From: Paramecium tetraurelia
Taxonomy: Eukaryota
Length of the DNA stretch: 64,000 nucleotides
Direction: 5' to 3'
Assembly: GCA_000165425.1 (NCBI GenBank)
Contig: CT868452.1
Location: forward strand, 248,001 to 312,000
The translations under genes and the position numbers were made by a program. Below the pieces are notes generated by a model. That model searched no databases. It was not told where the DNA came from and was given only the letters and a program-made list of their open reading frames with translations. Below, piece by piece: positions 13,565 through 25,711 of this stretch. The first letter of the stretch is position 1; each line of letters opens with the position of its first letter.

Positions 13565-15879
13565 ATGTAATAACAAAAAGTGCTCTTTGGAAACAAGTAG
13601 AGTGTTTACCTTTCCTAACTTTGCTTCCAGGGTACTAAATACAGATTATATTCAACTTCTGAGTACAATTATGTAGTGAAGGTATATGACAATGGGTAGG
13701 AGAAAGTAATAACTTAAATTATGAATTCTAATTTAGTGTTTGAATACTGAATTACAAGCAGTTCAAATTTTCAAAGATTATGGAAACAGCAACATTGCAA
13801 AAGCCCTTGAAGGGGATCTACAATAAAATATTAAAGTAATAGTATTTGAAAAAGCTGAAGTCCTCCAAAATATTTTGAAGGATTCACAAAAAGGTTTAGA
13901 GGAACCTCAAGTCCTAAAAGTAAGCAGAAAAATAAGTGTAGATCTTATTAGATTTGAGCAAAGGATTAAAGCAATGTCATAGTTTAGGCATCACTCATCG
14001 CGATATCAGACCTGAAAATGTATTGATTGGATTGGACAAATAAGCTAAATTATGGAACTTTTAACGCTGCTTTTTTTAAGTATTAAATAGTATAATAGAG
14101 TAATATGATTATTTGCCATATGAATACATTCCTAAAATTAAAGAAGAAATTGAAACCAATACTTTTGAGCATGTCAGAGCCCCAGAATAAAAGGACTTTT
14201 CATAAAGATGGCCAATTACCAAAAAGGTTGACATCTACGCATTAGGATAATTAATGTATTACATTCTATTTAAAGTCCGCTATGATTAAAATCCCAATTG
14301 GGTAAAAAAGTATCAATTTTACAATATTAGTCCGAAATGGGGTCTTTATAGTAATAAATTATAAGATTTAATCAAACTTCTATTGATTCCTAATCCAAAG
14401 GACCGATTGAGTGCAGAATAAATTGAAGAGTACATTCACACGTATCTACTTAACTAGAAGTATAAATATAAAAATTATCAGTCCTGTTCAATCTCAAATT
14501 CATATTAGAAGTTTATCAACAAATGAAAAAATGAATAGAGAAATTGTTACTTAAAGGAATGAAAATGGTAAAATGAACTAATTAGAATTAATTGATTTTC
14601 AACATCCCTCTTCATCATCACTATCAACAAAATTTGTCAAATTAGTCAGTAAAGTAGCCTAAAAAACTGATTTTTGGGTTGCTGCATGTTTGGAAGAAGT
14701 TGATGCTGCTCCAAATCAAAAATACTTCCGTTATCTTCATGTCAAAGCATGGTAGAAGAAAGCCAAAATTCCAAAATTTTATGAAAAGCTATCTAACAGA
14801 TTACAATTAAATTCTGTTATAGTTAGTTTTAAGGCTTTGTTATTATTACATAATTACTTGAAAAAAGGACCTTAAGAAGCTCTATTAGTTACTAATTAAA
14901 ATTCATCACCTCTTGCTATATTAGAAAAGATCAAAAACTTTTAAGAATCTAATATGGCTAAAGTATCTAAGGATAAATTTAGATCTCAGTTTTTTTCTAA
15001 TTTATTATACAGCTATTCTCTTATTTTAATAGAAAAGGTTAAATTCCATTAATATTACTTAAAATATTTTGAAGGAAATTTTGCAATGGTTCCATTCTTT
15101 AATAATATGAATTCTAAGGATAAATTAAAATTAAGTATTGCAATTTTAAATAATTTGATTAATTTGTGGAAACAGTTCAATACTTTCATTAATAGTTTTT
15201 CATTCTAAAAGTCATCCCTCTATAACTTATAATTAGGATTTGCAATAACTATGGCAGATGAATTATACAATATTTTATGTACATGCACTCATATATATTA
15301 TGCTTTAAAATAGAGTACGAATTATATTAGTGGAGTGACTTCTTAAAATAATGAAATAAAATCAATCTTTATATAGTTATAAGATGATTATCAAAACAAT
15401 TTTGAAAATACAATTTCGTTTTTTCATTCATGCAAATAGATTCCTTAATTTTATTAAATAATACCTGATCCTCCAAGAAGTGTAATTGAGACTTTGAAAA
15501 AAGTACCATTTTTTCAATCTATTAAAGGAGAATTTAATATTTATGATTATCTAAGCTATTCTATGTCAATTGATGGAATTAAACTACCATAAAGTTATGG
15601 TGAGATTATGAGTACGTAAGTGATGGAATATGATGATGAAGTTGTAGAATTGGATCCAAGAAATGAGAAGTTTGCAACATAATATCCAATTAAACCAGTA
15701 TTATCAGTATAACCATATTGTGAAAGAGTGAATAAGTTCAGTTTTGATTTAGATCCTACTGTAAATAGTTCTTCTAATGGTGCTAATATATTATAATAGC
15801 AATCATAATAATAACAATATTAGCAGTAGTAATAATAGTAATCATAGTAATAATAATAATAATAATAATAATAGTAATC

Positions 15880-15921
<42 letters not shown>

Positions 15922-17393
15922 GTAATAAACACAAGAAGCTTAATTTATTAATCAATAGCTATAAAATTAATAAAATTCAATTAAAAGTATAGATTATAAA
16001 AAGAAATAAACCAAGCAATAATAATAAGGATCCTATTTATATCAAGGTTTAGAATTTTCAGATGACGATGAAGAGCAACATAATGAAGATGAGACAGAGC
16101 AATTCCCAAATAAACCTAATGAATAATAATAAAATAATTTAAGAGCACCTTTAGCTAATTAAAATGTTAAATTAACAAAAGAATTGTTAAATGATGATGA
16201 ATTCTTGAACTGGGGTGAAAAAAAGAATGGCTCAGATAAATAAAATGGTATTCATTAAAATTAAAGAATTTAATCAGCAAATTCTTAACCAATAAATAAC
16301 AATTATTTCGATTAATTGAACTATCTAAACCAAAATAAATAAATTAATAAAGTTTCTTAATAAAAAGTAAATCTAAGTTAATAATTATAGTTATAATAAT
16401 AATAAAATAATTTTTAAGTAGTAGATTATTTTTAAAAGTAGGGAAGAAGTAAATAAATTTTCATCATATTTTAGACGTTTAAGAATGGATGATTAATCAT
16501 GATCAATTAAAGTTAGAAAGATTAATTGGTACTGGAAGTAGTTGTGAAGTATATAAAGGATATTGGAGAGGAGGTGAAGTGGCGATAAAGAAAATGAAAA
16601 TAAAATCTTTGAATGAAAACCATTTAAAGGAATTTAGGCGAGAGATATCCGCTTTCGTAACAATTCAGAAGCATAATAATTTAGTCCAATTGATGGGAAT
16701 ATCTTAAAAAGAAGATGAACTATATATTGTAACTGAATTTTGCGCAGGAGGAACATTATTTGATTTATTACATAGAAAAAAACACCTAGATATTAGTTGG
16801 TAGAATAGAGTTAAAATAGCATTGCAAATTGCAGAAGGAATGTTACATTTACATAAATTGAATCCCCCATTAATACATAGAGACCTAAAAAGCTTAAAGT
16901 AAATGAATCTCTTATGAAATATTAGTTTATTATTAGAATAGACTTATGATTAATCTAAAGTGAATATAAAAATAGCAGACTTTGGGCTTGCAAGAGTTTA
17001 GGCTGATAATGGCGAGATAATGACTGGAATATTAGGAACATTTGTATTTTATATTATGTAAATGGTAGCATTGGATGGCTCCTGAAGTGTTTCAGAATGT
17101 ACCTTATACTATAAAAGCAGATGTTTATTCGTATGCAGTATTTATTATTTTTCAACTTTTAGATAGTATTATGGGAAATATGTTGCCGAGAAACTCCTTA
17201 TAAATCTTTATCTACAAATCCTCCAGCTATAATGAAATTAGTAACTGTTGATAATGGAAGACCAGATCTAAACTTAATTTAGTTAGGATGTCCTTAGTTT
17301 TTAAAAGATTTGATGACCAAATGTTGGGATCAAGATCCGAATAAAAGACCATCGTTTTAAGAAATAACTTAATACTTGCGTGCATAATTATGA
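13565..17393 (+). CDS. Multidomain kinase: NAK-like pseudokinase + ANTH domain + polyQ linker + C-terminal TKL kinase
   Basis: HRDIRPEN/KLWNFQ/EEIETNTFEHVRAPE..PITKKVDIYALG; DAAPNQKYFRYL..VSFKALLLLHNYLKKGP; IGTGSSCEVYKG..AIKK..HRDLKSLN..DFGLAR..GTFHWMAPE; TGA 17391-17393. Confidence 0.85.
15792..15930 (+). repeat. Poly-Gln low-complexity tract (TAA/TAG-rich)
   Basis: (taa)n with tag/tca interruptions within the kinase gene. Confidence 0.8.
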
Positions 17394-17429
17394 TTTAGTT
17401 AATTAGTATGAATTTATTAATATTGAAAT

Positions 17430-17702
17430 TCATGATATTAAACAACAGCAACTATCCTCCTCCTCAAATGGGATATTATAAATCTTCCAATTTTCAACCA
17501 CATAAATTTTATTTAGATCATCTTTAAATTATAGTTATTTCTTCTCTGTCTACTATTTTTCTTATTTTTTGAGAATGGATTTAATATTCAAGGCTGTTTT
17601 ACAAACAACTAACGGATTTTCACAAATTTGATCGGGAGATTCTATATGTAATAAAGATTGAGGTTTTAGAGAATCTATGGCATGAACCCTAGAGTTTGTC
17701 AT
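17430..17702 (-). CDS. Small (90 aa) protein with SILK and RVxF-like motifs and C-terminal CaaX
   Basis: MTNSRVHAIDS...NIKSILKKQEKQQTEKKQLQFKDDLNKIYVVENWKIYNIPFEEEDSCCCLIS*; intronless open frame. Confidence 0.75.
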
Positions 17703-17938
17703 TCAATTATTATAAATTATTAATATATAACTAACCACTAATCTAAACAAAAATTAAATAATTACTCGAAATAGCTCATTTAATTTAGCTAATCCCAAGC
17801 TGAATCAAAAAAAAAAAAATAAGATAACTTATTAATTTTTAGTGCACATAAGAGTAATAGAAAATGATTATTCAATGCTATGCTCAAAATGCTTAAATAT
17901 ATTTCTAGAATAGCCAAAATAATAATTATGATATGCAT

Positions 17939-18267
17939 TCACTTCTTTTTCTTTGCGATTGCACTATATGCCCTAAAAGCCTTTTTAGGAATACCAGTGG
18001 GAGGTCTTGAAAAATCATAATATTTAATATGTTAATTCAATTTGATGCCTTCCTCGCCTTTCTTAGGATCCTCAATTTTGAAATCTTCCTAGTAATATTA
18101 TAGTTACTGAGAATTTCATTGAGCTTATCAGCATCAATATATTTTGATAATGGCTCTAGAGGATCGATGTTTTCGACAACAATCTTTCTAGAGTTGAATT
18201 GAAACTCAACTCCTTTGAATTCTTGATTACGATCTAAAATAACTTGAGATGTTAATTATTATTGCAT
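17939..18267 (-). CDS. Hypothetical protein (about 100 aa)
   Basis: MQQQLTSQVILDRNQEFKGVEF...; one inferred 23-nt intron; ends RAYSAIAKKKK*. Confidence 0.6.
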
Positions 18268-18278
18268 TAATTAAAATA

Positions 18279-19586
18279 ATGGATTGGGCAATTATTAGAC
18301 CTAAAATTGCAACTGATTATAAAAGATAATGTTCTGAATTTTCAAAACCTGTAAATGAAGCAATAGTTCGGACTTATTAAACTAAAGCCAATGATATTAA
18401 CCTAATTTTTAGAGGAAATTATAAGCTCAATTTCAATCAGAGAATGTTAGATTAAGATTTAATTTTACTGCTTTCTTGTCTTCAGAATTACAAGGATTAT
18501 ATACAACATATAGATCTATCTTTTAATGAGATAACTAATGTAGGAATTCAAGAATTATCAAAGTTTTTATCAGGTACTCAATCTTATTTAATTAAATAAG
18601 GATGTAATACATTGGAAAGTCTCAACTTATAGAGTAATAAAATTGGTGTGGAAGGAGGAGAGTTGATTGCTGAAGGGATTAAGGATATATAAACATTGAC
18701 TCATTTGAATCTGAACTTTAATAATTTATAAACAAAAGGTGCTATGTCTATTGTTGAGATGTTATTTAATAATAAAACAATTTTAGAGTTAAATTTAGCC
18801 AATAATGGAATAGATCATGATGGCGTTATTGTAATTAATTTATTTAGATTTCTTAGGCAATTACATCAATTTTGAATTGGAAGAATAATTCATTGTAAAT
18901 ATTAAATTTGGATAATCCAGTGTATCATTCTATTGGATAAGAGACAGCAATACACTTTGGCAAAATGTTTCATTCGAATAGAGGATTAGAAAAAATATCT
19001 CTGTAAAAACATAATTTTACATGTGATGCCATATACATCATCACAGAGCATTTATTAGAAAACAATAAGTTAAGAGTATTGGACTTAACAGCAAACCGAA
19101 TTTCATTTAAAGGCTGTGAAGCTATTGCTAAATATTTGTGCGGTGAATATTGTGTTTTAGAAAGTCTTATATTAACATCAAATAGAACAGGACATTATGG
19201 AGCAAAAGCAATATCATAGGCTTTAAGCAAAAATGTAAATATATTGATTGAATCTTAGAGAACCTTAATACATTTAGATATGGTAAGGAATGATATTGAT
19301 GACAACGGTTTGAAGATGATAGCAGAATCATTAGAAACAAATGATATGCTTGTCTCACTTAAGCTTTATTAAAATCATTTTGGCTAGATGGCCTTATAAG
19401 CATTTCATAAATACAGAATGAAAAATAACAAAAAATAAGGTAGTTCATTATTTATTATATTTACTTGCAGCTGAAAGATTCTGGGATTTCCATACTTACA
19501 TTGTAGACAATCATATTGAAATGGCCTATGTAGAACAAAATATTCCTTACGATATTTTAGTATCAAGTCAATATTTTATTAATTGA
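18279..19586 (+). CDS. RI-type leucine-rich repeat protein, LRRC34-like
   Basis: Repeats such as IDLSFNEITNVG, LNLQSNKIGVEGG, LDLTANRISFKGCEAIA; C-terminal WDFHTYIVDNHIEMAYV. Confidence 0.8.
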
Positions 19587-19639
19587 ATTAATTTTTACAA
19601 AAATTCATATTAATAACATTAATTTCAATTTTAAATAGA

Positions 19640-20720
19640 AATTGTGTTAATTATTGATGGAATTTATAAACAGATTGGTAAATCTAAAGAAGAACTTGAT
19701 ATTCTGATAGAGTGTTAATAGAGTAACATTCAATTGAGTCGAGAAAAAGAAGATCATAGAATCAATATATATGAAATTATAAATATAAAATTTACGATTC
19801 CTGAGAGTAGCCCTATAATTTGACTTTAAGATATTGAATTCTCATTTAACTCATTTAGAATTACTTCTGGTTATTTAATTTGAATTATAGATTATAATTA
19901 TGGAAATATAAGAATATTATTTGATAAACCATTTCTTTGTTATCTAAATATAGGGAATTAGTATATGCTTTTTAAGAACCGTAAAAGAATTAGATAACGA
20001 GTTCCAATAAAGTTAACTCAATTACTAATTTGATAAATCGTTATACTAAAAAATGGTAAATTGTATGTGGGATAAGGATAAATTAATATTTTAGTGAATT
20101 CAAACTGTGATGAACGCATTACTGGCATTGAATTTGTTTCAATGAAAAGATCTTGGATACACACTTAGAAACCTTTAGATTCAAGAAGTTGGTTTTGTAA
20201 ATGGATTTGGACATAAATTTAAAGGAAATAACTATTAATTTTTAAAAAAATTTAGAAGCTTTATTTTAGATCATGAAAAGAAAGAGAATAAAGAAACTAT
20301 AAATTTATTTAACCTATTAAGTCTAAAATGCTTATGGGCATATTGGCAGAATGATAACAACAAAGCCAAATATCTTAAAAAATGAATAATGCTTAAGTAA
20401 ATGGCAGTCTTTTAATTTCCTAAGACAATCAGACAAGTTCCATATATCTGGAATGGAATTTAACCTTAGAACCCAAAAGTGAGGAGTTGTAGGACCTAAA
20501 ATTTCAACAAATTTTCAAACAATTTCAAAAGATAAGAATGCTAATTCGTAATTAATCACTCAAGAACAATTATTCACAGAAATTCTTTAAGATTGGAAAT
20601 AATTCATATCACAAAGTATTAGGTTTTCTTAAGTCATATGGCTTGTTCGAATCAAAGTACATAATAATATACAAATCATTCTTATACACATAAAAAATAT
20701 ATATAGATATGTAAATTTGA
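19640..20720 (+). CDS. Probable multi-exon hypothetical protein; start and end uncertain
   Basis: Open code-6 segments separated by GT..AG mini-introns (e.g. near 19807-19830 and 19870-19890); no clear ATG assigned. Confidence 0.3.
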
Positions 20721-20850
20721 ATCTCTTATCGATTATAAGATAATAATTAATATTTACTTATTAATGAGTGACGCATTATTATTTAAGAAGCACTTTGTTC
20801 TTATTTTATGAAATAAATGCAGAATTTAATTCTTGATCTTTCATTAATAA

Positions 20851-21414
20851 ATGAACAAACTAATTTTAGTTGTACTTCTTGGATTAGCATCTGCCTAATT
20901 ATAGAGTGTTTAAACACTTAATGTCACCCAATACTTGGGTAACTGGTATGAAGTAGCCAGCAGTCCTTGGGTTCATTTAACATTTGAAAAAGATGCTTTT
21001 TGCAATAGAGCAACATATGGTCTTTAATAAGATGGAAATTTGAGTGTTTTAAATATGGAAAGATATGGATCACCCTCAGGTGAAATCAAATAAATTACAG
21101 GCTATGCTTATATTCCAAATCCAGAATTACCAGGTTAACTGAAAGTACATTTGGAAGGAGCACCTTTTGAATATGCTGATTATTGGATTGTCTAATTAGG
21201 CCCAGTTAAAAATGAATAATATCAATGGGCTATAGTTAGTGAACCATCAAAATTCTTCATGTGGGTTTTAGCAAGAGATCCAGTTGAATACAACTTGTTA
21301 TATGCAACATAAGTCCAAAACACAGTAACAAATACATTGTAATTCGATGGACGTTTCAATTCGTATGTTGTTAGACCATGGACTGGATGTGTTCCATACA
21401 ATAATACTCAATGA
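20851..21414 (+). CDS. Lipocalin (apolipoprotein D/Blc-like), secreted
   Basis: Signal peptide; LNVTQYLGNWYEVA (SCR1), ADYWIV, YQWAIVSEPSKFFMWVLARDP (SCR3); intronless, 188 codons. Confidence 0.9.
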
Positions 21415-21502
21415 TATAATTGATTTGTATTGTATAAATTAAGATTTAAATTCTTAAATTATTCCTAAAATTAAATAAATAAATGTTAATTATTTGAATA
21501 TT

Positions 21503-24086
21503 TCATTAACTTTTTTTTTTCATAGGATTCTTAAAAACAGATCGTTATGATTTCCTAGAAAGTCTTCTTAAAGATTTTCCAATTTTATTATACTCAATTA
21601 TAATATCCGTAAAATTGTTATGAGGAAAATAATGCTGAAATTCTTAATGTTTTTCAAATTCAACTAGATCTTCAAAATTAGCATTATTTAATGAAGTAAA
21701 GAATTAAGATCTCCATGTTTTTGTAAGTTTTTATGATTTCTCTCTTTCCATCCTTTCAATTTTAAGGTTTGATTTAAGTTGGATTTCTTTTATTGAAGGT
21801 TCTAAATTCATGACGGTATTACTGTTAGGTATAGCAACTTATTTAGATTCATTTCCTTTGGGATGAACAATTTTATAAATGGAATTTCTAGTAGGGAAAC
21901 CTTCTAAGTTGATAGGCGATTAATTTGTCAATTCTTGGGATGGTGTGTCAAGACTTGGCTATAGTTAGGATATTGAGTTTTTGTTAGTTTCATCTTAATC
22001 GGATAGTTAATCATCCTACTATAAATCGTTAATGTATGCCTTTTGATTATCTTAAACAATCTTCTATATTTAGAATATAATACTGTTTTTATTTTAAGCG
22101 AATTGAATTTTTAACGGTATCTTTTGACTCTGATCGTTCTATTTTGCTGAGACTTATTGTAAAGTTAAATGAGTTTTTAGATATCAGGTTTATAATTCAG
22201 GTAATTACAATTAAACAATATGTGATCATCTTTATTGCAAAGATAACATAGCATTCCATCTATTGATAAATTTTAGAGTATTCTGTCTTTGATGTTATGA
22301 AACTTCTAAAGATCTGTTTAAGATAATACAGACAAAAAGTCATCTCTATTGATACTGAATATTTTAGTGAATCCAATACTTTTTGCGCTGCACTTCCTTG
22401 GATTTAGAGTATAGAAAGAATTTTCACCAAAAAACTATCCATTTGTTAATGTACAAATAGTAGTATCGGACTTTGTATCAATCAATTAAACCTTGCCTGA
22501 ATCAATCATGTACAAGGAATTGTCATCCTATATGTTTTACATAAAAATTAATTCATCAGGACAATATTGACGTGAAATCAATTTTTGTGATGCTTGTTTC
22601 AAAGATTCTTCTGAAAAATTGTTCAGTAAAATCTTACTTTTTTATAAGATGTATTTAAAGACTGTGAATTTCAATTCTTCTTTTAATTATTGTGATAATT
22701 TATTATCAATCACTTCTTTATATTCCTAATCAATATCTGATTATTCTTAATTCGAATATTACAAATAACTTCTAATTCTATTCTATAATTAATTAGGAAC
22801 ATGATATTAATTCATATATGCTGAAATAGCACGAATGCTTTGACTAAAAAGTACAATAATAAAATTACATAAACTGTGATTATTGAAGGTTTATATTGTA
22901 TAATATATTTCCTATTGAATTAATAGAGTATGCAAAGATAAAGCTAGAGAATAGCATTGAAAATATGCAAGTTAGTATTTCGATTGGATTCTTAGGAGAT
23001 ACATCTCCATATCCGACAGTAATAGTTGTTGCAGCCGCCCAGTAATATGAATATAAATATTGAATTTCTATTTTTTCATTAAAAATATTTGCTTAAACAA
23101 TCCAACTGTTCTAATAATATTCTTAGGATTCATGGCCTGCATAATTCCAAATACATGCTAAAATGTGAATAAAATAAACTATTAATATTAGTAATTAGAA
23201 TAAATTAAAATATTCTCTATATAGTTTATTAATCTAAGTTGATTGATTAATCTTAGCTACTTCTTCAGTAAATTTTCTGTAAATCAAAAAGGAGAAGATG
23301 AACACAAAAATTATCTCTACTATTTACACTTTTTGATTTCCTTAAATTGTTTAATTTATAGTAATAACAGAAATAATGATAAGAGTGTCAAATAGTAATT
23401 AAGATCTAAAGTAAAAGGACAGTATCTCAGATCTTGAATTGATGACCTAATTAGATTATGTAATATTATACATTTCCCTAAAATACTAATTGAGTATTTA
23501 ATTTTAAGATGATATCCAAAAGAATAAATACAATGGTGTGTGAATGATATTCACTCTCAATTCTGAAACTCCAAAGAAAAGGATAAACCCATAATAAGAT
23601 TAGTAAAATGATAGTCTTTATATAAGACCAAATTTAGAGGAAAAAATTACCTGAATCAAAAAGTTGATGACTTAATTTTGCGCAACGAGTAGGAAAATCA
23701 TGCAAAACGTTTGATTCCCTTTGTTAGACATACTTTTCATTAATAATTTTTTTAATCAATTCCCTTTTGGATTAACTCAAAACATGGGCTTTCAACATTA
23801 ATTTTTCTTTAAAAAGTGCTACTAATTTATCAACTTTCATAACTTCAAATAAGTTTGATTAGATTTTTATCCGCTAATTTTTCGATTTGTATTTTGAGCT
23901 TTTAAAACCATCAACTTGAAAATTGGTATTTGACAATATAGAACAGTTTAAATCATCAAACTATTCTGCCTCATTTTAAGGCAAGGGTGAGCAAGATGGA
24001 GTTTTATTAAATGGTCTATAATTATCATCGAATTGGCACTAGATCTAACCAGATTAAAGCCCTTAGGATTCTATTCTTTAGCTCAT
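21503..24086 (-). CDS. Cyclic-nucleotide-binding-domain K+ channel (KCNH/EAG-like)
   Basis: YSYYWAAATTITVGYGDVSPKNPIE pore, C-linker, CNBD (FFGENSF...RSAAKS); C-terminal FQHYFPHNN. Confidence 0.9.
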
Positions 24087-24371
24087 TGGAATGTAAAAAT
24101 TTATTTATTATTAATTGCAAAGATATAATAGTATATTCAAATCATTAATTGCTATACTATTCAATTTTTTAAACTCTTATTGTTAAAATGAAAGGTTCAT
24201 TTTTAGAGTTATTAAAATATAAAACTTAATAGCCATAACTTTAATACATATTTTGTGAAAGAATTGGAGATAATTGTATTGCATTTCAAATGACAAATTA
24301 GACAATTCATTAATTTTATTATAACTATATTTTATAATATAAATAATCAACCTAAATTTATTGAAAGTCTT

Positions 24372-25686
24372 TCAGTTTTTTTATTTATTAAGAATTCTTT
24401 GATCGTATTCAAACTTTTCGAATAAATATCTATTTTATCTAGTTACTAATGGGAAATGGCCAATTTAATTTTCAGAATCTATTAATTTCGAAAGTATGGT
24501 ATTTCTAAGTAGAGTGCTATTTTTAATTTCTTCATCCATCATAGATTATCTGATATTAGTTAAGATATCCCCTGATTTCTGCTTTAAGAATAGTTACAAA
24601 TTCTTTTGATAGTAAGATATCTTCTTAACAAAATCATAATCAATAGAAGGAAGAGCTTCTTAATTTAATTAAGCATATTAATATTCAGAATGCCTTATTT
24701 TATGCCTTTTAATTTAAGGAGCAGATTCACCTAATTAATCCTAAAATTCGACAGGTAAATCACCTGCCCCGAAAATTCTATAATAAATATCGTATTTGGT
24801 TGGTTTTATAAATTTATAGTTTCTGCAGAGATCTTCATCAACAGAATAATATTAATTTGATTCTGGATATTCACCTCTAGGTCTAAACATCAAATAAAAT
24901 ATTTTATGGTCGACTCCAGCAATTCTACCAAGAATGGCTCCTAATTAAGTTAGACTTGTATAGATCTGTGAAGCAACTTCGATATCTTGCATCAACTAGT
25001 CGATCGTATGTTTTAGATTAGGATATTGATGAGTACACGAATTAACAATATCCTAGAACTTATTACCATCTTAAATACGAGAAACTAGATTTGTGCTAGA
25101 GGATTATGGATGTGATTTACCATTAATATAATAATTGCAAATAATTCCTCTATTCTTCCTTTTGTTTCCTATAATTTTATTATTTCTATTAATTCATTGT
25201 GATAATCTGACCGTCTTCTTTGAGTAAATCTGAATATTTTATAGAATTGTTAGATTTCTTTTGACACTTCAAAAATTCCAAGTATTCTATAATATCCAAG
25301 GATGTTTATTTCAATACAAGTTTTCTCTTATGTAACGGGGCTCTCCTTTCTTTTCTGCTTTCGATTTAAGGAGTTTCAAGGACAGGTTTGCTTAAGATAG
25401 TTTATTAAGAATTGTGAGTATGAAATCGCCTAACTGAACTAAATCCTGGTCTTTCTGATTTATTTATTGTTTGCGATGATTGTGGTGAATGAATACTAAA
25501 CATCGGCTTGTATAGACTTACCTGTGTACCCTATGTGTGAATGTGTTGTTTATTTTTACTACTATGATTGTCTTTCATTTACTATAAAACCTTATATTAA
25601 TTAAGGAAGTCTATCTTAGAGTTGTCTGCCAACATATTCTTGTAGAAGAACTTCTTCTTAATGTAAGGCTCAGTTGGAAATATCAT
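24372..25686 (-). CDS. Hypothetical protein
   Basis: ATG 25686 (MIFPTEPYIKKKFF); long code-6 frame to TGA 24372-24374. Confidence 0.6.
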
Positions 25687-25711
25687 AAAATATATATAAA
25701 TTATATTAACA

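Noticed and set aside
15777..15992. Poly-Asn ORF in the ORF track
   Set aside because: Alternative frame of the TAA-rich polyQ linker in the kinase gene.
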